This document shows positions 38,562 through 48,957 of a stretch of DNA of 64,000 nucleotides, piece by piece. A program made the position numbers and the translations under genes. Positions within the stretch are counted from its first letter, which is position 1. Each line of letters opens with the position of its first letter. The notes under the pieces were generated by a model. The model searched no databases. It saw only the letters and a list, made by a program, of their open reading frames with translations, and was not told the DNA's origin. This stretch comes from Nitrosopumilus sp. (GTDB taxonomy: Archaea; Thermoproteota; Nitrososphaeria; Nitrososphaerales; Nitrosopumilaceae): contig CBDBCE010000005.1 of assembly GCA_965203315.1 (NCBI GenBank), forward strand, positions 1 through 64,000, read 5' to 3'.

Positions 38562-40063
38562 GGATCTTTTCGATTTACGTTGGATGGATTTTTTTACAGA
38601 CGCATCATTGCAAGACTTGATGAAATTATTGAAGCGAAATATTCAAACTTTGTATTAAAATGTCAATTAAAAAAACACTTGTTATTTAATTCTGTTAGAA
38701 TTTACTAGACAAATTTAAAATTATACAGAGTTTTCACTGCGTTCAGTATTAATGTGCGCCATTTATTTGCTCCTTTTATGATAATTCCAGCTCTGTCGGC
38801 TGGTGTGTCACTGTTTAAACCCATATGTGGTCTAATGTAATTGTAATGTATTCTAATTCCACGAATAAGAAAAGCATTTTTGAAGCCTTTGATTTTTTGT
38901 TCAACATGTCTAAACTTTCCATTAAAACTCTCAATCTCATTGTTGTGTACATGATCACCTGCCATGTGAATTTCTCTAATGTGAATAGATGACTTGCCTG
39001 ATTTTGCTTTTGCAAATATCTTCTTAAACGATGCTTCATAACAAGCTGCGCCATCAGTTATCAGCACAGATGGTGTTTTTTGCGCAATCTTTTCTGCTTC
39101 TTTAAATAATTTATTGACTTGTGCTTTATTTTTCTTCTTGCCAACTTGACTGCCTAGCCAAAACCTTGTTTTACGATCCAGCATCGCAAAGAGATAATGC
39201 AGTTTGCCATTGATCTCGAACCACACTTCATCAGCATGATATATCTCACCAACTTGAGGTGCGAGTGTTGAAATGTACTCATCCATCAATTTGACGTATC
39301 TTACAGTCCAGTCGTGAATGGTGGTACACCCAACTTTGACACCTTTCTTTGCCAAAAATTGTACGACTTCACTCAAGCTAGATCCTGTAAGATGTAAATG
39401 TATTGCATCAGTTACATGCTCTGGTGACGCGGCTAGTCCCTCAAATCCCACATTTCCAGAAAACGATACCTCGCATATCTTGCAGTAATATTTTTGATTA
39501 TCATAATTTTTGTTAGGTCTGATGCCATTTTTTACAGTCTCTAGTGTGCCACAATGTTTACAACAAATCTTGCCATCATTTAGTGACTCTAGCGTAGTTT
39601 CTTTTGTTTTTGTCCCAACCTCCACTACGATATCAACCATTTTGACATGTTTGCATCTCTTTTTTCCAAACTTGTAGCCTTTACAAGTGCAAAACCAATT
39701 TCCTGGTTCACCCATAACATCGTATGTTTCATCTCCTGTTTGAATCTTGACTTTGTAGTGGTTATCTTGTACTTTTTTGACACACTTGCACATTTCCAAA
39801 TACTCTTTTGTAGCATCAGACATGCAGATTTGCTCTAGATTTTGCTTCACATGTGTAGTAGAAATATACTAGTATATACCACTTTTTTTAAAAAAAGTTA
39901 ATTTTTTAGTTAAAAATATTTTATTCATTTAAAGTTTTCTATCATATACTAAATTACAAATAGAAATCTAGTAAATATCACACAATTGTTTTATTTTTGA
40001 AGTGTTGGGTAGTTTTAGGAAAAAGTCGTCTAAAAAACCATCCAACGTAAATCGAAAACATCC
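38562..40063 (-). mobile_element. IS6-family insertion sequence (1502 bp), autonomous partner of MITE family B
   Basis: TIR GGATCTTTTCGATTTACGTTGGATGG; 8-bp TSD GACGTGTA (38554-38561, 40064-40071). Confidence 0.93.
38705..39850 (-). CDS. IS6-family DDE transposase with N-terminal SWIM and Zn-ribbon
   Basis: WFCTC...CKH, CKHC/CKIC, HADEVW, ITDG, NNEIESFN, YNYIRPH.GL..TPA. Confidence 0.92.
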   Translation of the reverse strand: MKQNLEQICMSDATKEYLEMCKCVKKVQDNHYKVKIQTGDETYDVMGEPGNWFCTCKGYKFGKKRCKHVKMVDIVVEVGTKTKETTLESLNDGKICCKHCGTLETVKNGIRPNKNYDNQKYYCKICEVSFSGNVGFEGLAASPEHVTDAIHLHLTGSSLSEVVQFLAKKGVKVGCTTIHDWTVRYVKLMDEYISTLAPQVGEIYHADEVWFEINGKLHYLFAMLDRKTRFWLGSQVGKKKNKAQVNKLFKEAEKIAQKTPSVLITDGAACYEASFKKIFAKAKSGKSSIHIREIHMAGDHVHNNEIESFNGKFRHVEQKIKGFKNAFLIRGIRIHYNYIRPHMGLNSDTPADRAGIIIKGANKWRTLILNAVKTLYNFKFV

Positions 40064-41207
40064 GACGTGTAAACTGTAGTATGTAGTTCTAGACCATGTT
40101 AATTGCGTACAAAAAAATCATTGACTAGTAGGTATTCTGAGAAACATGTTGGTTTAGAATTATTCTGCAAATCAGAATAAACTGATGATGTAATCTATGC
40201 CAAAGTGCAAAAGTATTTTCCAAGTAAATTATAGAATAGCACATGTGTAATTATGAATCCATCTTGCGGAAATCAAATGGACTTCATTTGAACGATTTTG
40301 CCTATAGAAATAACACATACACTGTTGTCATTACAAGATGAGTACGTCCATAAAAAGTACATATACGTTCTTTTGTCGTTGTCTTGGAAAATACTTTTGC
40401 ACCTTGTATATATCGGTATTTCTAAATGAGTCGTTATCAAATTGTGATTATGATCAGAAATCTTCAGTTTATGTACCTATTTTAAAACGTAATGTCTCAA
40501 CGCATCGCAAAATGTTACAAACAATTAAAAAACTTTAATCTCAAAACAATAAAATGACAAAAGAATGTAATAAATTAAAAAATAAAACAAAAAATTAAAT
40601 AAACATATTGGAAATCTTGAAAAAGCAATATAACTTAGAACGGAGATAAATAAATTAAATAAGATATTATATTCACAATTTGATTCTTTTCTGATACTCT
40701 CTATTGAAAACTCTGCACATAAATCAAACACACTCTTCCATTATTCCTGTCTCTCGTCTAGTTGAATATTGATTAAAGTTTTTGACAACACATTTGATAT
40801 CTTGGAGGTAAATCTGTCACATGCTGTAAATTTATGCATTTATGTAGATCTTTTCTAAAAATGTCCCTATGATGACTCGTGGCACTTGTATGATGTTATG
40901 TTATCATAGATGTCATGTGTGATCTTTGTGAAAAGTTTGTTTTTCGTGCATAAACAACATGTCGACCTAATGTCGTACTGGCACTTTCTGTAAGATTTTA
41001 TCCCATGTGGGTTGAAAGGTTCAGATATACGTCACCTCGATAGTACGCCCCGCTAGTTTTGGTTCATATCTTGGCTTTATACGCCATTCTGGTGGATCTG
41101 AGAGGCGATCAAGCGGATCTAGAGTCAAAATTAACTGAAATATAGCTATCTACTGAAATATTTTTGACATACATACATGTTAGTAAGTAGTACGTTATCA
41201 ACAATAA

Positions 41208-41462
41208 TTGCAGCAAGTAGGTAAGATAATGCATTTGGCCGGTAGTGGCAGAGTCATCATTCAGCTATCTGATCGACTAGAAGAAGGGCAGATACTATAT
41301 GATAAAAAACAGACCAAACTTGTCAAAATCGTCGAGCTGATAGGTCCTGTAAAGAGACCATTTGCTTCGGCGTTACCCTTGACAAACAACATCAAAAAGT
41401 ACATAGGCAATGCAGTGTATCTAACTAAACCTGCTACAAGAGATAGGAGAAAGAGACAATGA
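41208..41462 (+). CDS. gar1: H/ACA RNP protein Gar1
   Basis: VGKIMHLAGSGRVII, ELIGPVKRPF; conserved context before TFB. Confidence 0.82.
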   Translation: MQQVGKIMHLAGSGRVIIQLSDRLEEGQILYDKKQTKLVKIVELIGPVKRPFASALPLTNNIKKYIGNAVYLTKPATRDRRKRQ

Positions 41463-42415
41463 ATATACTAGAAACACAAAACTGTCCTGAATGTCAATCA
41501 TCGTTAATTGATGACATGCAGAATGGTGAGGTAATTTGTTCTGGTTGTGGCGTAGTAGTTGCAGATCAGATAGTCGATCACGGACCAGAGATATCGGGCT
41601 CTAATCTAGAAGACAAGATGAAGCTAGCAAGAGCTACGGGGGAAACCACTTATTCTCAACACGACTTGGGGATAACGACCGATATTTCTGCAACTGGAAG
41701 AGACTTTAGCGGTCGAGCCATTAATAGAGATGTCCGAAACCAAATGGATAATCTTCGCAGATGGCAACAACGTGTCAGAGTTTCAACACCACGAGATCGA
41801 CGCCTCACAAGTATCTTGAAAAAGATGAACGAGGTTTGTGATAGTCTTAATCTCTCAAAGAATGTCTTAGAGACTGCATCGATGATATATCGAGATATTG
41901 ATGGACGTATCGATGTAAAGGGTAAATCAGTAATCAGTATGACTACTGCAACAGTCTACATGGCATGCAAGCAATGTGATCTAGTAAGATCACTTGAAGA
42001 GATATGTCGTAGTATATGCCCACCAAAAGACGTAAAATCAAAGACAAAGCTTGCAGCAAAGTACTATAGAACGATGGTTATGGAGATTGGTCATATCACT
42101 CCACCTGTCGTGACTATGGACAAGTACATATCCAAAATAGCAAACATCACTCAAACAGAAGTCAGAGTTGAGAGACTTGCGCTTGAGATTGCAGCAAAGA
42201 CTCAAAACAACAACGTGACCGGCGGAAAGACTCCTAATGGTATTGCTGCAGCATACTTGTGTGTAGCATCGATCCTATTGGGTCAGAGTATCATGCAACG
42301 AGATGTCTCGAGCGTGGCAGGCGTGTCAGAAGTCACGATCAGAAATCGATGCAAAGAGATTCTATCGAACTACAAACTACGAATTAAACTAAGACCTTCT
42401 TTGGGAAACAACTAG
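41459..42415 (+). CDS. tfb: transcription initiation factor TFB
   Basis: CPEC...CSGCG ribbon, LRRWQ, GKTPNGIAAA, VSEVTIRNR. Confidence 0.95.
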   Translation: MNILETQNCPECQSSLIDDMQNGEVICSGCGVVVADQIVDHGPEISGSNLEDKMKLARATGETTYSQHDLGITTDISATGRDFSGRAINRDVRNQMDNLRRWQQRVRVSTPRDRRLTSILKKMNEVCDSLNLSKNVLETASMIYRDIDGRIDVKGKSVISMTTATVYMACKQCDLVRSLEEICRSICPPKDVKSKTKLAAKYYRTMVMEIGHITPPVVTMDKYISKIANITQTEVRVERLALEIAAKTQNNNVTGGKTPNGIAAAYLCVASILLGQSIMQRDVSSVAGVSEVTIRNRCKEILSNYKLRIKLRPSLGNN

Positions 42416-42494
42416 ACAAACCACATCTTTTTTTCTTTAATTAGGATTAACTAAAATTCGTTTGTATTATATAGAGAGATGAGAAAGTTGTGAT

Positions 42495-43265
42495 ATGGCT
42501 GTCTTGGAGATTCGAGATCTACATGTAGTGCGAGAAGGCAAAGAGATCCTTAAAGGAGTCAATCTAAAGACTGCTCCAGGCCAAGTTCATGCAATAATGG
42601 GACCAAACGGATCTGGCAAGAGTACACTTGCATACACACTGTTGGCACACCCCAAGTATGAAGTAACCAAAGGTGACATCTTGTTGGATGGTCAGAGCAT
42701 CTTGGAGATGACTGCAGATGAGCGCGCAAAGAAGGGACTATTTTTAGGATTCCAGTACCCTACCGAGGTTGCTGGTGTTGGCTTTTCACACTTTTTACGA
42801 ACAGCATACAATTCACTAAGTAAAGCACTAGCTGGTGATGATAGGGAGGTATTCATCACTGTTCGTGAGTTTCAAAAGTATCTAAAGGAGAACTTGGAGA
42901 AAGTTGGTTTACAAGAAGAGTTTTTGTCTCGATATTTGAACGAGGGATTCTCAGGGGGTGAGAAGAAACGCGCAGAGGTGTTACAGATGGCTGTTCTAAA
43001 ACCAAAGATATCCATATTGGACGAACCAGACTCTGGACTAGATATAGATGCTGTTCAGTCAGTTGCAAAGGCGATAAGTCAAGTATCAAGTAAAGATGCA
43101 ACTGTTATTGTGATAACACACTATGCTCGAATCTTAAAGTTTCTAGACAAGTTGGACTATGTCCACGTATTTGCAAATGGTCGAATTCTCAAGACTGGTG
43201 ATGCATCACTTGCAGACAAACTTGAGAGTGAAGGCTATGACTGGGTTATAGAACAGACTGTATGA
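42495..43265 (+). CDS. sufC: Fe-S cluster assembly ATPase SufC
   Basis: GPNGSGKS, FQYP, NEGFSGGEKKR, LDEPDSGLDID. Confidence 0.95.
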   Translation: MAVLEIRDLHVVREGKEILKGVNLKTAPGQVHAIMGPNGSGKSTLAYTLLAHPKYEVTKGDILLDGQSILEMTADERAKKGLFLGFQYPTEVAGVGFSHFLRTAYNSLSKALAGDDREVFITVREFQKYLKENLEKVGLQEEFLSRYLNEGFSGGEKKRAEVLQMAVLKPKISILDEPDSGLDIDAVQSVAKAISQVSSKDATVIVITHYARILKFLDKLDYVHVFANGRILKTGDASLADKLESEGYDWVIEQTV

Positions 43266-43304
43266 TTTGTAAATATAATATATGATAGTGATATATGACA
43301 AGAT

Positions 43305-43970
43305 ATGTCCGAACAGTACTATTTTGTATTTGCATTCTTTAAGGTGGATCCAAAATGGAGATGGATGGCCGATCTAGCAAAGACCGAGTCTGCAAACGAG
43401 GTTGCAAATATACTGAGAAACTTAAAGATACAGTATCGAGCATACTCTAATTTGGGTCTACGTGATGATGCGGATTTTATGCTATGGTTTGTATCCCAAT
43501 CCATAGACGAGATCCAGCTAGCCAATGAAAAGATGTATCAGAGCGTATTTGGCAAGTATGTTGTTCCATCACTTACATATCTATCATGCACGAGGCCATC
43601 CATATACGTACAAGAACAGAAACCACTAGGATTTGTTAGTGGTGAAGAACCAAAAAAGTATGTCATAGTATATCCATTCACAAAGACTAGAGAGTGGTAT
43701 CTATTGTCTAAAGATCAGCGACAAGATATAATGGATGAACATATTAGAGTCAGCAAAAAATATCCTCAAATCATACTAAACACGACATACTCTTTTGGGA
43801 TTCATGATCAAGACTTTATGCTAGCATTTGAGGTGGATGACATTAGAGATTTCCAAGATCTGATAATGGAGCTACGAGAGACACGTGTATCAAAATACGT
43901 AAAGAATGACGTACCCATGATAGTTGGTATTAAGAGAGATATTGTATCATTGATAACTAGCCTAGGATGA
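43305..43970 (+). CDS. chlorite dismutase family (heme-binding) protein
   Basis: YPFTKTREWY, MDEH, YSFGIHDQDF. Confidence 0.88.
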   Translation: MSEQYYFVFAFFKVDPKWRWMADLAKTESANEVANILRNLKIQYRAYSNLGLRDDADFMLWFVSQSIDEIQLANEKMYQSVFGKYVVPSLTYLSCTRPSIYVQEQKPLGFVSGEEPKKYVIVYPFTKTREWYLLSKDQRQDIMDEHIRVSKKYPQIILNTTYSFGIHDQDFMLAFEVDDIRDFQDLIMELRETRVSKYVKNDVPMIVGIKRDIVSLITSLG

Positions 43971-43991
43971 TATACTGGATTCCTACTCTTC

Positions 43992-44126
43992 TATAGTCGC
44001 GAACATAATAATTTTTCTAGTCTGTAGTATCACAATTTGGCGTTAGCTGTTCTGCCAGAGGTAAATTCCGTCTCTGACCACACATGTGCGGAAGTAAACA
44101 GGAAAACAATTCCATTCGTGACTATG
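43992..44126. mobile_element. MITE family A, copy 2 (inverted)
   Basis: Reverse complement of 3677-3810 (CTGCCAGAGGTAAATTCCGTCTCTGACCACACAT core). Confidence 0.75.
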
Positions 44127-44236
44127 GCACAAGATACTAGACGTATCTAGATTGTGACTATGACCGGCATGCTGCTGTACACCGTGATACATAATACAAC
44201 ATGGTTTTTTAATAGTATTGTTGTAGATTTATCTGT

Positions 44237-44360
44237 CCCAAGCTAGCTCAGCCTGGTAGAGCTTCCGGCTGTAGTTGTTGGCTTTAGATGGCTGACGAAG
44301 TAGCAGCATATCAGGCATACAGAAACCGGGTTGTCGAAGGTTCAATTCCTTCGCTTGGGA
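44237..44360 (+). tRNA. tRNA-Tyr(GTA) with ~50-nt intron at 37/38 (44275-44324)
   Basis: Acceptor CCCAAGC/GCTTGGG+A, D-arm, anticodon GTA 44271-44273, T-arm GAAGGTTCAATTCCTTC, TGTA/TACA BHB helix. Confidence 0.92.
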
Positions 44361-44741
44361 CTACACTAAAAATAGTATCTGTTTGCTAGGCCGATTCGAT
44401 TTTTTAATGGTTGCCCGGCCCTCCTACGATCAACATTTTATTCTCTAGATGTATTTTGTTTCTTGTATGTGAAATAGGTGATTATAATTACAAATATCTT
44501 GCAGTATGAGACAAAACAGGAATAGTACAAACTCTAACGTGTCAAAAGCAAGCTCGTACATATCTGTGGTTTCTTGTTGTGTCTAACAACTTTACTACTC
44601 TCATTAACGAGTTAGAAATCTATTGTTCAATAATATTCTTGATCGACAAATGTGTATATGAACTTGTTTCTGTTGGAGATTGTGTGTATTATGTGTATTA
44701 TAGTAATTCAAGACAAACCTAATAAGTAATCTTGACAGATA

Positions 44742-45080
44742 TTGGTTATGGATAACACACATGTAGCATATGGTTCAAAAGAATATCTGCAAGACTTACA
44801 AATTTATGTTTGTGCTATAGACAAGCAGAATTTCAAGTTAGCTAATACACTAGCTAACAGAATAATGCCTACTGAATGGGTTTTTGACAAGAAAAAAATA
44901 GGAATTTTGGGTTTTTGTCAAAAACAACTTGCTGTGATTGATGATCACGTTCTAGATACACAACAAAAAGCCAATATGGTTGATTGTATAGATTCTTTCA
45001 CGGCGATTATTTTAAACAACTCTGTTGACATGGAAAAGTCAATCATAAATCAAATAGATGAACAGGAGGTAGTTAATTAA
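44742..45080 (+). CDS. hypothetical protein (possibly decaying)
   Basis: Low-GC ORF overlapping the next start. Confidence 0.45.
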   Translation: MVMDNTHVAYGSKEYLQDLQIYVCAIDKQNFKLANTLANRIMPTEWVFDKKKIGILGFCQKQLAVIDDHVLDTQQKANMVDCIDSFTAIILNNSVDMEKSIINQIDEQEVVN

Positions 45081-45802
45081 TGAGTTTTCTTTACAATGAC
45101 ACGAAAAGAAACAGCTCGTCTACAACTATTCCTGACATAACTCTACGTCATATGTCTAGCAGTGACTCACTTTTTAGTTTTTTGAAAAAGGACATAACAC
45201 AAAATGGTTACAAAATTGACTATTTAGGAAATTCTAACACAAATATTAATTCTGATACTAGTTGTGAAAGCATTAATTCTAATCAAGTAATCAAATTCAC
45301 GATGTTATTGCTTGGAGCTAAAAATTATGAACCAGTTTCAAGTCCATATTTGGATATAGAAATGTACATGTTGAAAGATGTGTTTCAAAAATTAGCAAAC
45401 GAGTTAGACTATGTTGATCATACTCCGTATACCGACACAATTACTGAGACGCTAGTGGATTTAATAAATATGAAACTAGTTAGAAATGATGATAATTCGT
45501 TTAAACTTACACAACAAGGTCGAGAATGCTATGAACAAGCAAAAACAAATTCAACAACCGAAGAAATTTCTGCTGTAGAAGATTTTAAAGATTTGTTTAA
45601 TGATATGACTATCGACGAACTCTGGGCAATTACATATTTTTCTAACCCTGAACTAGATATTGATATAAACATACGTAACAAGATAATGAAAAATCGTAAA
45701 GACCTTGCTTATTCAATGTACAAGAAAGGCAAGTTAAGTATTTCGAAAACAGCTTATATGTCCGGTAAGTATTTGGAAGATGTTATGAATGAGTTAGCAT
45801 AA
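45080..45802 (+). CDS. antitoxin-like protein (wHTH/SocA-like region + C-terminal UPF0175-like HTH)
   Basis: PYTDTITETL..L...LV....FKLTQQG; YKKGKLSISKTAYMSG. Confidence 0.6.
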   Translation: MSFLYNDTKRNSSSTTIPDITLRHMSSSDSLFSFLKKDITQNGYKIDYLGNSNTNINSDTSCESINSNQVIKFTMLLLGAKNYEPVSSPYLDIEMYMLKDVFQKLANELDYVDHTPYTDTITETLVDLINMKLVRNDDNSFKLTQQGRECYEQAKTNSTTEEISAVEDFKDLFNDMTIDELWAITYFSNPELDIDINIRNKIMKNRKDLAYSMYKKGKLSISKTAYMSGKYLEDVMNELA

Positions 45803-45922
45803 ATAAATCAGAAATTAAAGTTTTAGATTCTACAATATTAATAAAATTTCTAAGCACTATGAACTATCGAGAGGGCATAATTAAATTATCACAATATTGT
45901 AAAATAATCATAGCTGAAGGAG
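45799..45922 (+). pseudogene. PIN-domain (VapC-like) toxin remnant
   Basis: Frame reads (I)NKSEIKVLDSTILIKF...KIIIAEG; ATA in place of overlapping ATG; cut by MITE F. Confidence 0.55.
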
Positions 45923-46099
45923 GGTTCCTTTAATTTGGCGAGAGTTGACGTTGTCTGCACAAGACTCTCTAAAACTTTTGCAAAATACAGAAATGATCTC
46001 ATATCGGATATTGTAAATCTCTGCTGTTTTGAATTGAATGCTGTGTGTTTCTTGTGATAACATTCTCTCTATCTTACCCACCATCAAATTGGCACAACC
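45923..46099. mobile_element. MITE family F, copy 2
   Basis: Same length and internal homology (TTTTGCAAAATAC.GAAA, CTCATATCG, GCTGTTTTGA, TTGTGATAA) as 3455-3631. Confidence 0.7.
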
Positions 46100-46199
46100 A
46101 TTCTATCTACCAACCATAAGGTAGAATCTTTAACAAGTATAAAATAATAAAAAGATAGACTGATTTAACAAGATGTAGATCTTTAATTAAAAATACTGC

Positions 46200-46391
46200 C
46201 TATTCTATTTTTTTGACTTTTTGGGCTGCAGGTCCTTTTTGACCCTCGCCTACCTCGAACTCGACTTTATCTCCGTCCCCGATCTGTCCTTCAACATCTG
46301 TCTTGTGAACAAACAGATCGTCTCCTGACTCACGTTCGATAAAACCGTAGCCCTTTATGCGATTGAACCACTTTACAGTGCCTTGTTCCAT
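46200..46391 (-). CDS. csp: cold-shock protein
   Basis: [26 protein letters not shown]. Confidence 0.93.
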   Translation of the reverse strand: MEQGTVKWFNRIKGYGFIERESGDDLFVHKTDVEGQIGDGDKVEFEVGEGQKGPAAQKVKKIE

Positions 46392-46783
46392 GCACTCTAT
46401 GTGTAAATTATTGATTATATTAACGCAACAGTAAGGGTCTACATGTCTGATACTATCTGACAAAACTAGAAAGAGTTCTTGACTGTTTCTGCCCAATTTC
46501 ATTTATGTTGCAGACTCGTTTCGATCAGGATCGGTGGCGGATGCAGTTTTGTACCCGCTAGTGAGACAGTGCCACCGTCCACCAATCTCTATTATGTGGA
46601 TGCTGATACAGTCGTGGTTGATCTTTGAATGTTGTCAATATTGTGAGCATTCATGAATTACTGAATCTCTATACCGTTCTCACACAATTTGATTCAAACA
46701 CATCTTTTGATACCATGTGGTAGGCTTTGATTCAAAGAACCAAATTTGTGACATATACAAGCTACAAATTCGATTGACTGCGC

Positions 46784-48793
46784 TTATGATACATTTGCAG
46801 CTTTAAAGCGTTCGTCATACAAAGTATCTGGATATGTCTCTGGAACTTGGATCGTATATGGTCCCTGAGGTGCTTGAGGATTGAATGTCAGGCCGGTCTC
46901 TGCGGTAAATACGACTCGCCTGATCCGTTCATTCAGTGGAATGTCTGCATATTCATATCGTTCATTCCTAAATTTTGCCATCTTTGGAGTGGTCATAATA
47001 GTCCTGCCAGAAGAGTCACTGACATAGTTGAGTGCATCGGTATCATAATATGTGCTACTACGTCTAATCGCTATCTCTGAAGTAATGTCGGACTCTCTTA
47101 ATATTGGTAGTATGTAGTTGATGGTCTCTGGTGACATTCTATGAATAACTTGACCTGTAACTCTACTTGTGGTAATCTCAACTGGTGTTGTACTGTATAT
47201 GCCCTTGTATCTGATACTTGGAAATCCACAAAACATCTCTACTCGTTCCTCTTTAAATCCCCAAACACGCCTTCCAATCACAGACTCTGATTGTTCCTGA
47301 TCCGAGTCTGCAATACTCTGCAAGATATCGATCAAATTATCGTTCTGAACATACCACATCTTGCGTTTGGCATCGTACCAACAGTTGTTATAGATATGTT
47401 GCTGCTCTATGTAATCTGGTGCTACAAAGTTTGCAATTATTGTATGATTTCTGTCTCTGTTTGCCAATGTCTCTAACATGATTTTGTATTCTCTATTATT
47501 GTTGGCGTCAGAATCTGGTGTATAAACATCTGATTTTGAACTGTGATTTCTAAACCTGGCTCCACAGTCTTTGCAATAGTAAGGATTCAACTCTTTCACG
47601 AGATATTTGAACCATCCGTCGTTATACTCGTCAGTAAAGTCTTGTAGAGGATTTTTCTCGCACCATCTTTTGTACACCATCATAACTCGCTTATCATAAT
47701 ATCGTAATGATTCAGCTCTAATCCTGTTCACGTGTCTGATAATATCTCTGTCTGATTGTCTACTCTGCCGTCTGTGAAATTTGATTCTTGTGTCCTTCTT
47801 GTGATGTTCTATAGGTATGTGTAAATGTTTATGCATTCCAGTCTCGTGTATGATATTATCGTACAAACGTCCAAATCTTGTAGCAAATATCCTCTGTTGA
47901 ATCTCTTCATCTGTCATGGACGCAATCCATTCCGCATCATGGTCTCCTTCTAATACACATGCTAGCTCCAACCCTTTCTCTTTACCTGTAAACTCTGGAC
48001 ACAAATGCCCAAAATCCATTTTACACATGCATGAAAGATGATAATCTAGTTGCTCATGATATTCATCTTGGAGAAATATGTCGGAAACAACTGACTGTAC
48101 TGGGCTTTCATTCAAACTAAAGAATTTATCATCAAAGTCATACAATCTCGCAAATCCCATCGTAATCTCTAGATGCCCATCCTCTTGTTCCGTTTGGTCT
48201 GACATAATTAGATCGGATGAGAATATCGGATCATAAAGCGACGACACATCGTGCTCCCAGATTATTCTGATGGTTTTTCTACCCACCTCTTTGACGTGTT
48301 GTATCTGTTCATGATACATGTTCATCGATATTCCGTTCTCTGTCTCGTGAATGATTCTCAAATCTGTTATGTACAGTATTCCGTTGTTGTCGTTTAAAGA
48401 GACGTTGTGACGTACCTCTACGATCCTTTCATCTGATCTGATATATGCTAGACCTACCATATTGCTTTGTAATATCTCTAGATTTGTAAATTTATCAACT
48501 AGCGCGTGGCACAACTTTAAAGGTGTCATCTTGAGTCTGTCTAGTTTGTACACTAGTTTATTTGGTGTAAATGGATGTGGCTCTTTCTCTGTAATATAAT
48601 ATATGCATATACTAGTCTCCTCGATTGGCATAATTGCTAGAATATCATGTACAGGTATGGTGTGCAAGACTCTTTCAGAGTTGTATACTTTGACTCCTTT
48701 ATCACTGATCTCTATTTTTTCATCTACGTCTGATATATCTAAAATATATTTATCGTCCATCTTGCCCATTATGACAATTGTATTATATTGCAT
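46784..48793 (-). CDS. large hypothetical protein (N-terminal PH/GRAM-like segments, CxxC)
   Basis: 669-aa ORF; GILYITDLRII motif; start may be 48769. Confidence 0.7.
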   Translation of the reverse strand: MQYNTIVIMGKMDDKYILDISDVDEKIEISDKGVKVYNSERVLHTIPVHDILAIMPIEETSICIYYITEKEPHPFTPNKLVYKLDRLKMTPLKLCHALVDKFTNLEILQSNMVGLAYIRSDERIVEVRHNVSLNDNNGILYITDLRIIHETENGISMNMYHEQIQHVKEVGRKTIRIIWEHDVSSLYDPIFSSDLIMSDQTEQEDGHLEITMGFARLYDFDDKFFSLNESPVQSVVSDIFLQDEYHEQLDYHLSCMCKMDFGHLCPEFTGKEKGLELACVLEGDHDAEWIASMTDEEIQQRIFATRFGRLYDNIIHETGMHKHLHIPIEHHKKDTRIKFHRRQSRQSDRDIIRHVNRIRAESLRYYDKRVMMVYKRWCEKNPLQDFTDEYNDGWFKYLVKELNPYYCKDCGARFRNHSSKSDVYTPDSDANNNREYKIMLETLANRDRNHTIIANFVAPDYIEQQHIYNNCWYDAKRKMWYVQNDNLIDILQSIADSDQEQSESVIGRRVWGFKEERVEMFCGFPSIRYKGIYSTTPVEITTSRVTGQVIHRMSPETINYILPILRESDITSEIAIRRSSTYYDTDALNYVSDSSGRTIMTTPKMAKFRNERYEYADIPLNERIRRVVFTAETGLTFNPQAPQGPYTIQVPETYPDTLYDERFKAANVS

Positions 48794-48809
48794 TTTTAAA
48801 TATGCTGAT

Positions 48810-48917
48810 TGGGTTTTTCGATTTACCAGTGATGGTGTTTCGACAGGTTTTTCCTAAAATGTTATTCTCATGGTATTTTTCTGTAAAAATTTACTCTCAC
48901 GTAAATCGAAGATATCT
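48810..48917. mobile_element. MITE family B, copy 7
   Basis: GGGTTTTTCGATTTAC...ACGTAAATCGAAGATATCT. Confidence 0.7.
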
Positions 48918-48957
48918 TTGCACATATTGTGTATATGACAGATCATAATTGTGTAAC

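Noticed and set aside
40338-40740. Very A-rich tract with short ORFs
   Set aside because: Looks like a decayed coiled-coil gene with several stops; cannot be assigned
44361-46199. Integrated provirus or plasmid at tRNA-Tyr
   Set aside because: No integrase and no duplicated tRNA 3' end (att) seen
46505-46590. Hammerhead/HDV ribozyme
   Set aside because: Core consensus (CUGANGA...GAAA with stem II; HDV L3/P1.1) could not be fitted
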